Of a DNA stretch of 64,000 bases, positions 62,389 to 64,000 are shown piece after piece; positions within the stretch are counted from its first letter, which is position 1, and each line of letters opens with the position of its first letter. The translations under genes were made by a program, and so were the position numbers. The notes under the pieces are model-generated. The model saw nothing but the letters and a program-made list of their open reading frames with translations, was not told where the DNA came from and did no database searches. The stretch is from Anaerolineales bacterium. Lineage in GTDB: Bacteria > Chloroflexota > Anaerolineae > Anaerolineales > UBA6663. The stretch lies in contig JADLEU010000364.1 in the NCBI GenBank assembly GCA_020845955.1, forward strand, positions 11,958 to 75,957. The letters run 5' to 3'.

Positions 62389-64000
62389 CGGCCGGCCTCC
62401 GGCTGGCCGGGCGCGTCCGCGCCGGCCAGCCGCACCACGACTTCGGTGGCGCCCAGCGCGCGGCCCAACTCACGCATGCCGCTCTGGACCACCGCGGAAG
62501 GATTGAGCGTGGCGCGCAGCTGGTAAGTGATGTCGTTGATGAGCTGTTCGCTCAGCCGGCGGCGCTGAGTTTCTTCGAGCAGGGCGGCGTTCTCCAGGGC
62601 GGCGGCGAGCTGGGCCGAAATCGTGCCGAGGGCCGCCTGCTCTTCCGCCGTCCACTCGTTGGGGCGCCGCCCATGCAGTTCGATAGCCCCGACGACTCGG
62701 TCGCGCAGCCGCAGCTCGATCTGGAGCGGCTCGGCGCTGGCGCTGCTCAGGGTCGCGTCGCCGGGAACCGCTTCGAACACGCTCTCCCGGCTTTGGCCGC
62801 GCAGCAGGCCGCGCCAGCTGTTGCCGGCCAGGCGCTGGTAGAGACGGCTCACTTCGTCCAGGCTCGCCTGGGTCTGCTGGAACAGCTCGGCATTTTCGAT
62901 GGCGACGCTGAGTTGGTCGGCCAGTGTCTGCAGGACCTGAATGCTGCTAGGGTCAAAGGCGTTGGGTTCGCGACTCTGCACGTCGACGGCGCCGAGCAGC
63001 CGGTCACCGGAAATCAGCGGGATGGCCAGCTCGGAGCGCGTCTCGGGCAGGAGCGGGTTCTTGAAGTAGAACGGGTCCTCGGCGACGTCGAGCGCGACGC
63101 GCGGCTGGCGCTGGCTGGTGACCCAGCCAATCAGAGACTGCGAGCCCACCGCCAGGCGGTGGGCGCGCGCCTTGAGCTGCGCGCCCACCGGGCCGGTGGA
63201 TTCGCGCAGCACCGCGTACTGCCCGGGCGCATCCAGCAGGAAGATCGAGGCGTGGTAGAAGCCGAAGCGGTCGCGGATCAGGTTCAGCGCCAGCCGCAGC
63301 AGGTCATCCAGGTTGCGCAGCGAGGCGGTCGCCCGGCTGATGTCGGCCGCGGCCTGGAGTTGGGCGGTGCGGTCGCTGACGCGCTGTTCGAGCGAGGTGA
63401 CGAGCTCGTTGAGGCGGGCGGTCATGCCATTGAAGGCTTGGGCCAGCAGGCCGATCTCGTCGCGGCTGTCGACCTCGGCCTGCACGGTCAGGTCGCCGCC
63501 AGCGACCTGACCGGCGGTGGCGGTCAGGCGCCCAATGGGGTCGGCCAGGACCTGTGCGGCAGCCACCGCCACGGCGGTGACGATCAGGGCAATGATGGCT
63601 GCCAGGGTGACGGTGGCCTGGGTCTGCTGCTGGACGGGCGCCAGGAATACGGCCGTAGGCTGAAAAAAGGCCACCTGCCAGGGAAAGCTGGCCAGGGTGA
63701 TGACGGCCGCCTGGCTCTGGCGGCCGCCGGCCGCCGCGTCGACGGCGGTGAAAAAGGGCTGGGCGCCGGCCTGGGACAGGCTGCCGGCCAGCTGCGGCAT
63801 CTGAGCTGAATAGGCGAAATCAGGCCGGCTAGGCAGCCGAGACTGGGCCTGGAGGCGGCTGATTTCGCCCGCCGTGGCCGGTCCGACTAGCCGATAGAGC
63901 GCGGTTGGATCGGCGCCGTGCGCCACAACCATCAGGTTCTCGTCAAAGACGGCGCCAAACGAATCCGGCCCGGCCAGCCCCTGGGTCTGTTCGACGATGC
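62385..64000 (-). CDS. Membrane sensor (extracellular/Cache-like, TM, HAMP, GAF, mini-GAF), 5'-truncated by the window; no output domain
   Basis: Frame is open from 63998; TM, then PIGRL..DEIGLLAQAFNGM HAMP; RFGFYH GAF; same C-terminal fragment as the downstream gene. Confidence 0.88.
   Translation of the reverse strand, partial: IVEQTQGLAGPDSFGAVFDENLMVVAHGADPTALYRLVGPATAGEISRLQAQSRLPSRPDFAYSAQMPQLAGSLSQAGAQPFFTAVDAAAGGRQSQAAVITLASFPWQVAFFQPTAVFLAPVQQQTQATVTLAAIIALIVTAVAVAAAQVLADPIGRLTATAGQVAGGDLTVQAEVDSRDEIGLLAQAFNGMTARLNELVTSLEQRVSDRTAQLQAAADISRATASLRNLDDLLRLALNLIRDRFGFYHASIFLLDAPGQYAVLRESTGPVGAQLKARAHRLAVGSQSLIGWVTSQRQPRVALDVAEDPFYFKNPLLPETRSELAIPLISGDRLLGAVDVQSREPNAFDPSSIQVLQTLADQLSVAIENAELFQQTQASLDEVSRLYQRLAGNSWRGLLRGQSRESVFEAVPGDATLSSASAEPLQIELRLRDRVVGAIELHGRRPNEWTAEEQAALGTISAQLAAALENAALLEETQRRRLSEQLINDITYQLRATLNPSAVVQSGMRELGRALGATEVVVRLAGADAPGQPEAGR

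Overview
High-GC (roughly 70% by eye) bacterial chromosomal segment. Gene content points to Chloroflexota, probably Anaerolineae (inference from DUF2298/YYY membrane proteins, class II HMG-CoA reductase, multi-GAF sensors, a glmS ribozyme and a GAAC-N4-GTTC LexA box). No rRNA, tRNA, CRISPR array, transposase or integrase was recognised. Layout: (1) 1-19.5 kb, cell-envelope glycosylation locus with a deacetylase lipoprotein, HMG-CoA reductase, a UGM-like flavoenzyme, a flippase-like protein, GT4, a methyltransferase and four consecutive large GT-C-type membrane proteins. (2) 19.5-28.5 kb, cmk, two acyltransferases with a decayed pyrophosphatase gene between them, an MDR oxidoreductase, a DUF512 radical-SAM protein, a glmS ribozyme with an unusual core insertion, glmS and a phytoene-dehydrogenase-like gene. 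(3) 28.9-32.3 kb, recD2 preceded by an uncharacterised 277-aa gene whose promoter carries a consensus SOS box. (4) 32.4-36.7 kb, vanZ, an orphan scpA operon and DUF4870. (5) 36.8-46.3 kb, an A2-type caa3 cytochrome c oxidase locus with divergent subunit III/IV genes, a ctaA-ctaB fusion, two small unannotated membrane ORFs, CopCD and a polytopic cytochrome c. (6) 46.3-49.6 kb, DinB-like, YgfZ-like, an MFS remnant and pyk. (7) 49.6-64 kb, a tightly coupled minus-strand signalling operon: two GAF-rich receptors with no output domain, a ParA/MinD ATPase, a hybrid histidine kinase, a threonine-synthase-like PLP enzyme fused to a receiver domain, and an EamA transporter. The best candidates for undescribed systems are the signalling operon (7) and the SOS-controlled gene next to recD2 (3). 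All family assignments come from motifs read by eye; no database search was run.
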